In this document: in pieces, positions 34,960-48,810 of the stretch
How the letters are laid out: every line of letters begins with the position of its first letter
Position numbering within the stretch: the stretch's first letter is position 1
NCBI GenBank assembly: GCA_030390025.1
Contig: CM059432.1
Span: 84,508,001 to 84,572,000, forward strand
Reading direction: 5' to 3'
DNA: 64,000 bases
Source: Squalus acanthias
Taxonomy: Eukaryota
The notes under the pieces: generated by a model
The model's input: only the letters and a program-made list of their open reading frames with translations
Databases searched by the model: none
Told to the model about the DNA's origin: nothing
Position numbers and translations under genes: made by a program

Positions 34960-35972
34960 GGGGAATTTTCCAGAGGGTTAGCGGACGGGATCGGTGACGG
35001 GTCGGGTGGGTCGGGTCGGGACCCCGCTGTCAACCCGTGCCTTTCCAAAATGTCGGGTCTGTCAGTGCTGAGCAGACCTGACATGCAGTGGCAGGGGAGG
35101 CAATTAAGGTCATTATGATCCTGATGACAGAGCATTAAGAACTATTTTCAGCTCACCTTCAAAATTTACCAGGTCGCCCACGGGGTCCACACTGCTCGGG
35201 GATCACGTCTGTTAAGCAGGGCGGGAGCTGAATGGCCATGGAATCATCTCATTACTTGTCTCACCATTCACTGCAACTCACTAAGCCACTTCCAAAGGTG
35301 CACACAAATCTGTCCAAGAACACAAAGTGTTCTAAATAAAGGTTTCAATGTTTGACACCACATTAACAGAAATGTTACATGAACATTGGATAAAGCACCC
35401 AAGTGCCTACCCTTATGTGTTGTTAGTTGGTATGATTGGACTAGGATGAGGGTGAGTGTGAGGGGTGGCTAGTGAGATGGGGAAGTGATAATGTAGATAG
35501 AGAGGGATGGGTGGAGGTGCAAGGTAAGTTGGTTTGAGTAAAGATGTGCAGGAGTAGGGTATGGAAGGCAGAGTGATGGGGAAGTGATGAGTGGCACAGC
35601 AGGATGAGGTTGAGTGTGGCTTTGCAGTAATGTTTCATGATCTACTGAGATCATTGAAAAGTTTGCGCCACTGCAGCCTGGTCTGACTGATGACATCCCT
35701 GCTTGTGTCCTCCTGTGCAATGTGCAACCAGGCTGCGTTGGTCTCCTGGGGAGGTCTCTTCCATCCATTGGAAGGGAAGAGAACCTCACTGCGTGCTGTG
35801 ATTCCCTCCATAAGCATATGGAGGGAGTCATGGGAGATCCCGGGTGCAGCCGTGCACCTCTGTGCAGTGCTCATCAGTGTTTGCAGCACCTCAGTGCTGT
35901 AGAACACTGACAGCAAAACTGACAAAATCAACTTGCACATGGTCCATTTAAGGAAACCGGCTGATGACGTGT
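34960..35972 (-). mobile_element. Harbinger derivative with Myb/SANT-like remnant (other end probably 41843-42027)
   Basis: APGISHDSLHMLMEGITARSEVLFPSNGWKRPPQETNAAWLHIAQE..QWRKLFNDL at 35635-35875. Confidence 0.7.
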
Positions 35973-35998
35973 CATAATCATAGAGTAATAGAGTCATA

Positions 35999-36443
35999 GG
36001 GCTGGATTTTGAATGACCCATGGAGTCGGGTTTGGAGGCGTGTGGGGGGTTAAATTTGCGGGGTCGGGGTTTCCGACCCCATCCCGACTCCATACCACCT
36101 CCACGCAATTTTGATAGAATCAGTGACGGGGTTCCCGACTCCGTCCCGCATCCAAGAGGCGGGAGAGGCCATTAAAGCCCTTAACAAGCTCTAAATTGGC
36201 TCTGTAATGCCATTTTGAAACGCTGTAGCTAGTTTAACCCTCTTCTGACGTGAAGCACGCCTGGTGTGAAACACTCCAGTGAAACCTGGCGGGAGCACAA
36301 GTGGATAGCTGACATCGACTGCAGGTCCACTATTACAAAGGAGATGTGATGAAGGTAGTAGTCTATTAGGTCTGAACGTCGCCTCTGATGCTGCTGCATT
36401 GAATGTGCTCAGAGACTGCCTGGAAGGACTTGCTTGGCAAAAA

Positions 36444-36478
<35 letters not shown>

Positions 36479-36525
36479 CTCCTCTCTCTCCTCTCTCTCT
36501 CTCCTCTCTCTCTCTCCTCTCTCTC

Positions 36526-36557
<32 letters not shown>

Positions 36558-36832
36558 CCTGCATTTTTGCATCCAGGTCCACTCACATCAAAAGCCAGGC
36601 AGGTCCTCTCTCACAAACAGTCTCTGAGACTAGGCAGTCAGCAATGATGACATCATCAGAGGCGACTTTCAGACTGAAAACACTAATTAGTTCATGGGTT
36701 CCCACATGCTCCAACTCAATTGCCCAATTAAGTGAAAATTGCATCAGGCATCCACATTAATCTGGAGTCGGGGGGGAAACACGAAATGCGGATTACACGA
36801 CCCCAACCCGACCCCAAGACAAAATCCAGCCC
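35999..36832 (+). mobile_element. Harbinger-type MITE family F, copy 2
   Basis: Perfect 13-bp TIR gggctggattttg / caaaatccagccc with ATA TSD, inside the CR1 tail. Confidence 0.9.
36447..36560. repeat. Interrupted (CT)n microsatellite
   Basis: About 110 bp of CT repeats inside the MITE. Confidence 0.95.
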
Positions 36833-39060
36833 ATAGAGTCATAACGGCTCAGAAGGAGGCCATTTGGCCCATCGAATCCGTGCCGGCTCTCTGTAGAGCA
36901 ATCCAGTCAATCCCATTCCCCCGTTCTATCCCCGTAGCCCTGCAAGTTTATTTCCCTCAATTGCCTATCCAATCTCCCCTTGAAAACATTGAGTGTCTCC
37001 GCTTCCACCACTTCCGTTGGCAGCTAGTTCCAGGTCCTCACCACTCGCTGCGTAAACAAGTTTTTCCTCACATCCTCCCTGTATCTCTTGCCCAAAACCT
37101 TAAATCTGTGTCCCCTAGTCCTTGTACAATCAACTAGTGGGAACAGCCTTTCCCCGTCTAGACTATCCAAACCCCTCATAATCTTGTACACCTCTATCAA
37201 ATCACCCCGCAACCTCCTTTGCTCTAATGAAAACAAATCCAGCTTCTCCAACCTGTGCTTGTACCTAAGATCCCCCAACCCCAGAACCATTCTGATAAAT
37301 CTCCTCTGCACCCTCTCAAGTGCCTTCACATCCTTCCTAAAGTGTGGTGACCAGAACTGGACGCAATACATCAGTTGTGGCCTAACCAACGCTTTATAAA
37401 GGTTCAGCATAACTTCTCTGCTTTTGTACTCAATACCTCTATTTATGAAGCCCAAGATCCCATATGCTTTGCTAACCACTCTCTCAATATGTCCCGCCAC
37501 CTTCAGGGACCTATGCACATTAACTCCCAGGTCCCTCTGTCCCTGCGCACTCTTTAAAACTGTGCCATTAAGTGTATATTGCCTCTCCCTGTTCCTTCTG
37601 CCAAAATGCATCACCTCACACTTCTCTGTATTAAATTCCATCTGCCACTTGTCTGCCGATTCTGCTAGCCTTTCTATGTCCTGTTGCAGTCGATTGGTAT
37701 CATCATCACTGTTTGCCATACCCCCAAGTTTGGTGTCATCGGCAAATTTAGAAGTTCTACTCTGTATTCCAATAACCAGGTCATTTATATATATCAAAAA
37801 AAGCAGTGGCCCCAGCACTGACCCTTGGGGAACATCTCTATCTACCATCCTCCAGTCTGAAAAACAGCCATTTACCACAACTCACTGTTTTCTGTCCTTA
37901 AGCCAATTCCTTATCCAAGCTACCACTGACTCACCTATTCCTTGAGCCTCAATTTTGTTAAACAGCCTTCTATGTGGTACTTTGTCAAACGCCTTCTGAA
38001 AATCCATGTAGACAACATCCATTGCATTCCCTTCATCAATCCTCTTACTTCATCAAAAAATTCAATTAGATTAGTCAAACATGATCTGCCTTTTACAAAT
38101 CTGTGTTGGCTCTCCTTAATTAGCTTAAACCTCTCCAAGTGCCCCTTAATTTTTTCCTTGATTATTGTTTCTAAAACTTTACCCACCACTGATGTTAAAC
38201 TGACCGGCCTGTAGTTACTACAATTGTCCTTACACCCTTTCTCGAACAATGGTGTCACATTTCCCACTTTCCAATCCTCAGGCACCTCCCCTGCATTTAG
38301 GGAAGATTGGAAAATAATGGCAAGCCCTTCCGCTATCTCCTCCCCCAGTTCCCTTAGCAACCTGGGATGCAAGCCATCTGGACCAGGTGACTTATCCACT
38401 CTAAGCATACCCAGCCTTTCTAGTACATCCTGTCTATCAATTTTCACCCCTTCCATTGCTTCTAACTTTTCCACTTCTACTGATATTTTGTCAGCATCCA
38501 CCTCCTTAGTAAACACCGATACAAAGTACTCATTGAGAATTCTAGCCTTGCCCTGTGCCTCTAAGCATATGCCACCCTGCCTCTTACTACCCGCTTACTG
38601 TTTACATGCCAGTAGAAGATTTTTGGGTTTCCTTTTATGTTAACCACTATTCTACTCTCATATTCTCTCTTTGCCAATCTTATTTTCATCTTCACATCCC
38701 CTCTCAACTTATTGTATTTGGACTGGTTCTCCCTTGAAGAATTCACCTGGTATTCATCATACACCCTCTTTTTTTGTTTCATCATCTTCTCTATCTCCCT
38801 CGTCATCCAAGGAGCCCTTGCTTTGGTTCCCTTACCCTGTCCTCTTGTTGGAATGTACCTAGCCTGTACTTGGAACATCTCCACCTTAAAGATCACCCAT
38901 TGTTCCGTTACAGTTTTTCCTGTCAGTCTTTGGTTCCATTTTACTCTGGCTAAATCCTTTCGCATCCCATTGAAATTAGCCCTATTCCAGTTTAGAAGTT
39001 CCACTCTAGATTGTTCCTTGTTCCTTTCCATTGCTAATCTAAATCTTATGTTACGATGAT

Positions 39061-40729
39061 ACTAATGAGAGGGAGGAATTGAATGAAATCAGTATTTGTA
39101 GGGAAATGGTGTTAGGGAAATTGACAGGATTGAAGGCCGATAAATCCCCAGGGCCTGATAATCTACATCCTAGGGAACTTAAGGAAGTGGCCCTAGAAAT
39201 AATAGATGCATTGCTGGTCATCTTTCAAAATTCTATAGTCTCTGGAACAGTTCCCATGGATTGGAGGGTAGCTAATGTAACCCTACGATTTAAAAAAGGT
39301 GGTAGAGTAAAAATGGGGAATTATAGACCGGTAAGCCTGACATCGGTAGTGGGCAAAATGCTAGAGTCCATTATAAAAGATGTAATAGCAGAGCACTTGG
39401 AAAACAGTGACAGGATCGGACAAAGTCAACATGGATTTACAAAAGGTAAATCATGCCTGACTAATCTACTGGAATTTTTTGAGGATGTAACTGGTAGAAT
39501 AGATAAGGGAGAACCCGTGGATGTGGTGTATTTGGACTTTCAGAAGGCTTTTGATAAGGTCCCGCATAAGAGATTAGCGTGCAAAGTTAAAGCACATGGA
39601 ATTGGGAGTAAGGTACTGACTTGGATAGAGAACTGGTTGGCAGACAGGAAGCAAAGAGTTGGAATAAACGGGTCTTTTTCCGAGTGGCAGGCAGTGACTA
39701 GTGGGGTATCGCAGGGATCGGTGCTAGGACCCCAGCTATTCACAATATATATTAATGATCTAGACGAGGGAACTAGATGTAATATCTCTAAGTATGCAGA
39801 TGACACAAAGCTGGGTGGGCGTGTGTGCTGTGAGGAGGATGCAGAGAAACTCTAGTATGATTTGGACAGGTTGGGTGATTGGGCAGATGCATGGCAGATG
39901 CAGTATAATGTGGATAAATGCGAGGTAATCCACTTTGGTGGCAAAAACAGGAAGACAGATTATTTTCTGAACGGCAATAGATTGGGAAAAGGGGAAGTGC
40001 AACGAGACCTGGGAGTCCTTGTGCACCAGTTGCTGAAGGTAAGCATGCAGGTGCAGCAGGCGGTTAAGAAGGCAAATGGTATGTTGGCCTTCATAGCGAG
40101 AGGATTCGAGTACAGGAGCAAGGACGTCTTGCTGCAGTTGTACAAGGCCTTGGTGAGACCACACCTTGAGTATTGTGTGCAATTTTGGTCGCCTTATCTG
40201 AGGAAGGATGTTCTTGCCATGGAGGGAGTGCAGCGAAGATTTACCAGACTGATACCTGGGATGGCAGGAATGACGTATGAAGAGAGATTGGGTCGATTAG
40301 GCTTATATTCGCTAGAGTTTCGAAGAATGAGAGGGGATCTCATTGAAACTTATAAAATTCTAACAGGACTAGACAGACTAGATGCAGGAAGGATGTTCCC
40401 AATGGCGGGGGAGTCCAGAAGCAGAGGTCACAGTTTAAGGATAAGGGGTAAGCCATTTAGGACTGAGATGAGGAGGAATTTCTTCACCCAGAGAGTGGTG
40501 AACCTGTGGAATTCTCTACCACAGAAGGCAGTTGAGGCCAATTCATTAAATATATTCAAGAAGGAGATAGATATATTTCTTAAGGCTAAAGGGATCAAGG
40601 GATATGGGGAGAAAGCAGGGACAGGGTACTGAATTTGGATGATCAGCCATGCTCTCATTAAATGGCGGAGCGCGCTCGAAGGGCTGAATGGCCTACTCCT
40701 GCACCTATCTTCTATGCTTCTATGCTTCT
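39061..40729 (+). mobile_element. Young 5'-truncated CR1 (RT) nested in the minus-strand CR1
   Basis: ORFs 39079-39855 and 39862-40632 are separated by one stop codon. KYADDTKL is present, and atgat is duplicated at the flanks. Confidence 0.95.
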
Positions 40730-42535
40730 ATGATCACTCGTACCCTAGTCTTCCTCCATAGACACTTGGTCGACCTGGCCCACCTCATTCCCCAGCACCA
40801 GATCCAGCATTGCCTCCTTCCTAGTTGGGCCAAGAACATACTGGTCAAGGAAATTCTCATGAACACATTTCAAAAATTCCTCCCCCTCCTTTCCCTTTAC
40901 CCTAGCACTATCCCAATCGATATTTGGATTAATTAAAGTCCCCCAATATCATCACTCTAAAGCTCTTGCATATCTCTGCGATTTTCCTGTAGATTTGCTC
41001 CTCTACCTCCCTCTCACTATTTGGAGGCCTGTAGAATACCCCCAATAGCATGATCATACCCTGTTTGCTCTTCAACTCTAACCAAATGGATTCTGACCTT
41101 GACCTCAAGAACATCCTCCCTTTCCAACACTACAATGTCTTCCTTAATCAGCACTGCCACCCCACCTCCCTTTTTTCCTTCCCTATCTTTTCTGAATACC
41201 TGTACCCTTGAATATTAAGTGTCCAGTCCTCACCATTTTTAAGTCATGTTTCCATTATTGCCACAACATCATATTGCCACACGGCTAATTGTGCTTGTAC
41301 CTCACCAACCTTATTCACCACACTTTGTGCATTTGCGTACATGCATTCTAAACCCATTTTTGAATTTTTCGTAGTATTTCTTAGTCTGCTCCTATCTAAT
41401 GTGGTACTACTTCCGCTTCTAGTACTACTTTCTTCTCTAGTACTATCCAACACACTGACTCTTTTATGCACCTTATTCCTCTTTTCTACTCCTATATGCT
41501 GGTGCCCATCCCCCTGCCAAGCTAGTTTAAACCCTCCCCAACAGCACTGGCAAACCTCCCCGCGAGAATATTGGTCCCGGCTCTGTTGAGGTGTAACCCG
41601 TCCGGCTTGTACAGGTCCCACCTTCCCCAGAAACAGTCCCAATGCCTCAGGAATCTAAAGCCCTCCCTCCTGCACCATCCCTCCAGCCACGCATTCATCT
41701 GTTCTATCCTCCTATTCCGGTACTCACTAGCACATGGCACCTGGAGTAATCCGGAGATTACTACCTTTGAGGTCCTGCTTTTTAATCTCTTTCCTAGCTC
41801 CCTATAGTCTGCCTGCAGGACCTCATCCCTCTTTCTGCCTATTGATGTCATGAATTGATGTCATCAAACCCTCTTCCTTCAAATGGCCAGCAAACGCGCT
41901 GGGCAGGCTTAGAAGCCCAATCAGGTGAAAAACATTTTGGACAGTGGGCTGGAGCCGGCAGTGAGGCCGGGACCCACCACCAACGTCGCCCGCCCCGGAC
42001 CTGCCGAGGTTGGTTAGATCCAGCCCTATGTTTCAATCTTCATATGTAGAGTAAAGTCTTCAACATGTTTCACTATTCACTCTCCTGGACGCAACTGGTA
42101 ACATTTCTGGAATGCTCAATCACTTGTGGCACTCTCTTAATCTATCATTAATATAGGCACACAGAAGATAGCTTGACTTGTGACTCCTACAGCAGAGAAA
42201 TTATTTGCTGTTTGTATCTGTTGCTCTTGCATCCATTTCCAATTTACCAATTCAAAATAATGCCCTGATGTAAAAAGCCACACAAATGACAACACGTAAC
42301 AAAATGAAAAAAATAATGGGCCTGAATTTGCGGTCGGAGGCTTCCCGCGGGGAAATGCCTCCAATCCGCAAATAAAATCCGCACCACGTCTGCACCCATA
42401 GACACCGGAAAATACGGGCCATTAAGAATAAATGCATGATGCCTTCCCATACATTAATAAGGCACAAACTCTAATTTACATCATTTTAAATTCTGTCAGC
42501 TGTTAAAATGTGGCATATACTTAGGTTCCTGAGTC

Positions 42536-42710
42536 TTTTTTTAAACTCATTCTCGGGATGTGGGCATCGCTGGCAATGCTGGCATTTATTGCCCATCCCT
42601 CGTTGTCCTGAGAAAGCGGTCGTGGGCCTTCTTGAACCGCAAATGATTTGCTACAACTGAGTGGCTTGCTAGGTTACTTCAGAGGACAGTTGAGAGAAAA
42701 ACCACATTGC
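42536..42710 (-). mobile_element. SINE-like fragment sharing its 3' tail with the LINE at 21405
   Basis: gggatgtgggcatcgctggcaa..catttattgcccatccct matches 21418-21463, then diverges into non-LINE sequence. Confidence 0.55.
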
Positions 42711-42865
42711 TAATTTTTTAATATATTAACATAGATTAAAATGATAATCTAATCAAAAAAAACTTTCCCCAGATTTCATGTTAATAAATTAATCTGCGAT
42801 ATTGATAGATCTATAGGATAGTTAGACCAAACATTTTGTATTGATGCAAAGCTGTACTGTGTGTT

Positions 42866-43304
42866 GGTTGTGGCTTAGTGGGTAGCACACTCGCCTCTGA
42901 GTCAGAAGGGTGGGAGTTCAAGTCTCACTCCACGGGACTTGAGTGCAAAAATCTAGGCTGATACTCCAGTGCAGTGCTGCAGGAGTGCTGCACTGTCAGA
43001 GGTGCCATCTTTCAGATGAGATGTTAAACCAAGCAGATGTCTGCTCTCTCAAGTTGACGTAAAAGATCCTATGGCACTATTTCAAGGAAGAGCAGGGGAG
43101 TTATTCCTGGTGTCCTGGGCAATATTTATCCCTCAATCAACATAACAAAAACAGATTATCTGGTCCTTATCACATTGCTGTTTGTGGGAGCTTGTTGTGC
43201 ACAAATTGACTGTCATGTTTCCTACATTACAACAGTGACTACACTCCAAAAACAGTACTTCATTGGCTGTAAAGTGAAAGGCGCTATATAAATACAAGTC
43301 TTTC
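42866..43304 (+). mobile_element. tRNA-headed DeuSINE, copy 2
   Basis: A box tggcttagtgg, B box gttcaagtc, Deu-like core and L2-type tail. Colinear with 1549-2140. Confidence 0.85.
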
Positions 43305-43401
43305 TATCAGTATAACTACAAATGTGTAATATTACTCGTGGATAAATCTGTAATGGAAAGGGAGAAAAAAATTACTTTTAAAAATTGGAGAGGGTGATAG
43401 T

Positions 43402-43965
43402 GGCCCTGATATTTACACGGAGCCGGGAAAAGAGTGGTTGGAAGGATTTTCAGATGGGAAACCCGGAAGTAAGGGTTTCCGCATGTCCTGCTGATTTTAA
43501 CAGCAGAACATTGTTTAAATTTTTTCAACTACCTTGCTGTCTGTCGGGCTGGAAACCAGCCGGGGAGCGGTTGTCAGGTTAGTCTGACATCGCGGGAGAG
43601 GGGTGTTAGGGGGATTTGGACATCACGGTGGGGGTCGGCTATTCGCAGGGGTCCGATCGTGGGGGGCCGGGGGGGAAACACTCCTGTTCCTCCAGGCCCA
43701 CAAGCAGTGCTTTAAATACACTTACCTCATGGATCCGGCCCTTCTCGCCTCCTTTTACCTGCCAGGATTCCCGAGGCCTTAGAATCCCGGCCCCCAAGCG
43801 TTAAAAATAAAAATTTATTTAAATGGAGCCACGCAGCCTCCTAAAAAGGATTTCAGTGACTGACCCATCTCCGATAAAACCAGAAGTGTGGGCTGGATGG
43901 AGGTAAGTTTGAGAATTTTAAAATTTTTAACTCCTCACCTGCCCCCAACAGACCCATCCTTGGGT
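43402..43965 (+). mobile_element. Harbinger-like MITE (family K)
   Basis: Colinear with 60383-61375, with the hairpin + acttacct module at 43658-43727. Confidence 0.65.
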
Positions 43966-44419
43966 TATCATCTTAGTTACAGATAATTTCAGTTACGAGA
44001 CAGTCCAATACAAGCCAATGGTGAAGAAAAAGCATCTAATTTACCATCATTGCTTATCTTCTCTTTAATTCTAGAGACTGTACAGACATTTGATGAAGGC
44101 TACAGTATTTTTATTGAATATAGTGCTGGCTGATCTGACTTCACTATTGTCTGAAAATACATCCTATGTGATAAGGTGTTGTCACTATAGAAACCTTTCA
44201 AGTCAAGCTTATTTGCTAGCTTGCCTTTCATGCTTTGGTTTAGTCAATTTAATTACCTGTTATCTTGCAGCTTGAATGCGAACTGTCAGAATTTTTGTTG
44301 TATATTGCTGTCACTGTTGCTACTCTCGTCATGTGTCCCACTGCCATCACTCTCTGGTGGCTTTCTCAGAGAGAAGGTCATCATTGTATGCGTATGTGCT
44401 TTAAATCAACAATGACTGA

Positions 44420-45477
44420 AGCAATGATTTTAACTTGGGGAGGGAGGAACAGGGTGTGGGGTTGTTGGGAATTGCCTACGGAGAGTTGAGTGTGAGACCC
44501 AGGCCACTCCTGGGCCTCATTTAGAAGTGTCTGCATATCTCGCATCTGAAGCGGGTGGGCCTAACGTGAGTCCTGGTGGGCGGGAGTGGAAAATTGAGTG
44601 GGAGGCCAATGTCACCGGGGATCCACAGGAACGGTACTCAGGGTAAGGTTAATGCTGGGAGCGGGGGTCTTCAAAGGGATACCCATGGTGGGAGGGGAGG
44701 GAAGGCCGGGGCTAGGGAGGCCCAAGGATTCCTTGCACGGCCCAGAGGAGCACTGCTGCACCTCCTGGCCCATAAGGAATCATCACAAAAAATTTAAAAA
44801 TACTTACCTTGGCCTTCTTTGGCCAATTTGTTACCTGTTGCCAGGTTTCGCTGTAGGTTTGCCATCCCTCCAGGATTGGCCTGGGGTCTCCACGAATTGA
44901 AGATTAATCTCTAGGATACTGCTACAAGCCTGGGGCATTAAAAAAATTGTGGTTTTTTTTCATTTTCTCTGAACACTTCTGTTTATTCGATGTAAGAACA
45001 TTGGAGATGGGAAAAAAGGTTGTTTGACTGACAGTCAAGAATCAGCCAATTTGGTAACAAAGAGTCTTTTTGTTTTCCAATTGGCGTGGGAAAGCGGAGC
45101 GCCATGAGAATGGACCTGTCAGGCAACAAATGGTGGGAGTGAGGGGGCAGAGCAGTTGTCAGCAGGAAGTCTTATGATGAAACCTCCAAGAATACATTCA
45201 ACCAGAGTTGGAAACCCTATTTTGCTGGTCAGTTTGGCACCGTGGGGCCTCCAGTGATTTCAAGTAAAAATCGCATTGACCTCACCAGGACACAACTTCA
45301 GCATTTTAAATAGGACCTTGCATGCCTGGGACGGGCATCCCTCCCTTTCCTGAAATGTTCCTGGTTAAAATAGCAGCATTAGGGAATACAGCGGGTGCAG
45401 AGCGCAAATAACCCAACCACCATTTGAACTTACCGCTTGCCCCATTCATGCTGGGCGAGATGGGTTAAAATTGGGCC
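44420..45477 (+). mobile_element. Harbinger-like MITE hosting a hAT MITE
   Basis: Ends ..gattttaac / gttaaaattgggcc, with the hairpin module at 44731-44809. Confidence 0.55.
44854..45219. mobile_element. hAT (Blackjack-like) MITE, 366 bp
   Basis: TIR taggtttgcca / tggaaacccta, with an 8-bp TSD tttcgctg / ttttgctg (7 of 8 match). Confidence 0.8.
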
Positions 45478-46953
45478 TTTAGTTTCTAACTTTAGAATGT
45501 CCATCAAAACATATTTTAACTTATTGAAACTATCAAAATATGTTCTCCATCAAGTAAGTGTTATTGGCATGTTCTTGTTTTGATAAAAATTAGATCATGA
45601 AATAGCAACCAGTAGAAAGAGAAGATTTTAATCAGGAGATGTTAATCATACCTTAAAGCTTAATAACATTTGGAACCAGTTAGCTGTCTGAGCGAAGATG
45701 GTGACCTTATCAATTGATGTTTTGTGAATGAATATGCAATTCACAACTAAACCTATGTGTGTCGAACTAACGGCACATTGAAAGGTTTTAAAGAATTAAG
45801 GATGAAAGGCAGTGTTCTTCAAATGGGTTTTATTCAAATGTTTTATGATATTATTTGCATGTATATATGCAGTTTTGAAATATTGGGGTAATTCATTTAT
45901 ATGGATCATCACAAGGTATAAAAGAGCTTCCATTTGAGAAAGAATTAAAGTTTATTGCTGTGCTGTGATAGATATCAATAGCTCGGAGGGAGTAGACAGC
46001 ACAACCCAGCTATATCTGGAAACAGGAGAAGCTTTCAAAAATGTATTGCAAGGTGAACAGGCAAACTGGATCTTTATAGAGAATTAAAGAGTGCCATCTG
46101 CTGCTAAAATCTGTCATGTCACCTTGCAGCAACATTTTATGATTTGTTGCCACAAGATGGTGCTCAAAGAACATCAAATAAACACATCTTTATTCAACAG
46201 TGGTTGTTTGACACATTTTGGGGTAGATTTTCCGGCCAGCTGCAGGGTTTCGGCTGCGCAGCTGCTGGGAAATAATATGGTGACATATTTGTTTGGTTTC
46301 CTGGATAAGAAAGAAGCCCTGTGGATAGGGATGAGGGACTTTAGGGAATGAAACTAACTATGGGCTACACACCATCAGGTCAGGAGGTGGGATTGGACCC
46401 AAGAACTCTGTTGTCAAATAAGGGAACTACGTGCACGAACAGATGCAGTTGTTATGGATTACTTCAATTTACCCGAGGTAGACAAAGAAATCTACAAATA
46501 GGAGTGAAACATGATGTTAAGCACAATATTGGATTGTTACATGGGACAACTGGTCAAGGAACACACAAGTGGGGCAAACAGGAAGAAGTACAGCAGGCTA
46601 GAATCAGAGATCACATTGGCAGCAGTGACCACATGATAGAGTTTAAGGTCAGTGTTATGATAAAAAAAAAGATAACTAGAAACATTCAGCTTTTAGAAAG
46701 GCAGATTTTAATGGAATGAAGGGACAAGCTAAGGAGTCTGGACTAGACAGCATTGTTAGAGGGGAAAAACGTAGACAAAAAGTCATCATGTTTAGAAATG
46801 AGGGAGATTAAATTAGATAACCCCTGAAAATGGTGTGGGATCGGGGTACGTGATTAACACGTGCCTGTTCACTGCAATGCAGGCAGCACGTTAAATTCGT
46901 GCTGCCTGCTGTTTTAAATGATTGCTGCACGCAGCTAGCGCTACTCGCAATCG

Positions 46954-48810
46954 CAGATAAGGCCATCTCTGTCCACTTCCTCGTATCGCTCTCCACCCAC
47001 ATCCCCCCGCCCCCCCCACCCCCAAACCCAACACTACTTCCTTCTGTGTCCGCCCCTGGGAAAAACTCTCTCCCAACTCTCTTACAACTGTACTTACGAA
47101 ATCCTAACTGTCCAGCCATTGGACCTCCATTCACCACAACATTTCTGCAGCTACCGATCAGCTCAACCACACCCTCACCTCCACCTTTGATGCCCTAGTC
47201 CCTAATAAAACCATTACTCTCTCTCACTCTGGCCATTCCCCTGGTACGGCTCTCATCTTCGCTCCCTTAAGTCCAAGGGACGCAGACTTGAATAGATATG
47301 GCGGACAACTGGTTTAGCCATTCACTGCCAGATCTGGCTGGACCACATAAAACATTATCGGGTCCTGCCATCGTCTGCCAAAATTACTCACTATTCCAGA
47401 ATCATTCTGGAATGCAAAGATAAACCCCAGCTTCTATTCTCCACTGCTAACCGTCTTCTTAGACCCCTCTCCCCTGTCTCCTCCACCTTCACCTCCGACA
47501 ACAAGTGTGAGGAGCTCATGGACTTCTTTGTCTCTAAGATTGAGCCCATCCGTTCAGCTGCCTCTGCCACTTTCCTTCCTTCCCCTAGCCAACCAGGCCA
47601 AACTTCCTCTAAGGTTCCCCCCTGCCCTCGCATCTTTCTCCAGCTTCTCTCCGATCTCCCTTCATGACCTCTCCGTGCTCAACTTGTCCATGAGACCCAC
47701 TTCCTGCTCCCTTGACCCTATTCCCACCAAACTGCTGACCACCCAACTTCCTTTTCTGGCTCCCATGTTAGCTGACATTGTTAACAGTTCTCTTTCCTCA
47801 GGTACTGTCCCCTTCTTCCACAAATCTGCCGTCATCACCCCTGTCCTCAAAAAACCAAACCTTGACCCCTCCGTCCTTGCAAACTACCACCCCATCTCCA
47901 ACCTCCCTTTTCTCCCCAAAGTCCTTGAACGTGTTGTCGCCTCCCAAATCCATGCCCATCTTTCCCGCAACTCCGTGTTTGAATCCCTCCAATCAGGTTT
48001 CCGCCCCTGCCAAGTACCGAAACGGCTCTCATCAAAGTCACAAATGGCATCCTTTGTGACTGTGACAAAGGTAAACTATCTCTCCTCGTCCTTCCTGACT
48101 TGTCTGCAGCCTTTGACACAGTTGACCACTCCATCCTTCTCCAACGCCTCTCCACCGTCGTCCAGCTGGGTGGGACTGCACTCGCCTGGTTCCATTCTTA
48201 TCTGTCTAATCATAGCCAGAGAATCATCTGCAATGGCTTCTCTTCCTGCTCCCGCATTGTTACATCTGGTATCCGCCAAGGATCTATTCTTGGCCCCCTC
48301 CTATTTCTCATCTACATGGTGCCCTTTGACGACATCATCCAAAAACACAGCCCTTCCACAGTCTCTAAATTGTCAGACTGCTTGTCCGACGTCCAGTTCT
48401 GGATGAGCAGAAATTTTCTCCATTTAAATATTGGGAAGACCAAAGCCACAAACTTCGTTCCCTAGCCACTAACTCCATCCCTTTCACTAACATCTGTCTG
48501 AGGCCGAACCTCTTGAGCATCCCTGATTATAATCACTCAACCATTGGTGGCTGTGCCTTCTGTTTCCTAGGCCCTAAGCTCTGGAATTCCCTGCCTAAAC
48601 CTCTCCACCTCTCTACCTCTCTTTCCTCCTTTAAGACACTCCTTAAAATCTACCTCTTTGACCAAGCTTTTAGTCACCAGCCCTAATTTCTCCTTATGTG
48701 GCTCAGTGTTGAATTTTTTGTCTTATAATACTCCTGTGAAGTGCCTTGGGATATTTTACTACATTAAAGGCGCTATATAAATACAAATTGTTGTTTTTGT
48801 TGTTGTTGTT
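46954..48810 (+). mobile_element. L2 LINE with internal deletions
   Basis: PTSCSLDPIPTKLL, NYHPISNLPFL, LSAAFDTVDH, QGSILGPLLF and a (GTT)n tail. Confidence 0.92.

Larger units (their letters stand above)
35973..41842 (-). mobile_element. Near full-length degenerate CR1 LINE, interrupted by MITE F and a + strand CR1
   Basis: ORF1 SGNH tail (DGLHLN) at 41522-41842, endonuclease (GVFYRPPNS, GDFN), RT (VPQGSVLGP, KFADDTKL) at 37024-38516, and a tail repeat at about 35973. Confidence 0.93.

Noticed and set aside
36191..36760. RE-rich and LS-rich ORFs
   Set aside because: These are translations of the (CT)n tract.
39061..39080. CR1 5' truncation point within about 7 bp of the MITE insertion site in its sister copy (50350)
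   Set aside because: A single coincidence. The copies have their own flanking duplications and private mutations.
42866..42935. tRNA-like sequence
   Set aside because: It is the SINE head, not a tRNA gene.
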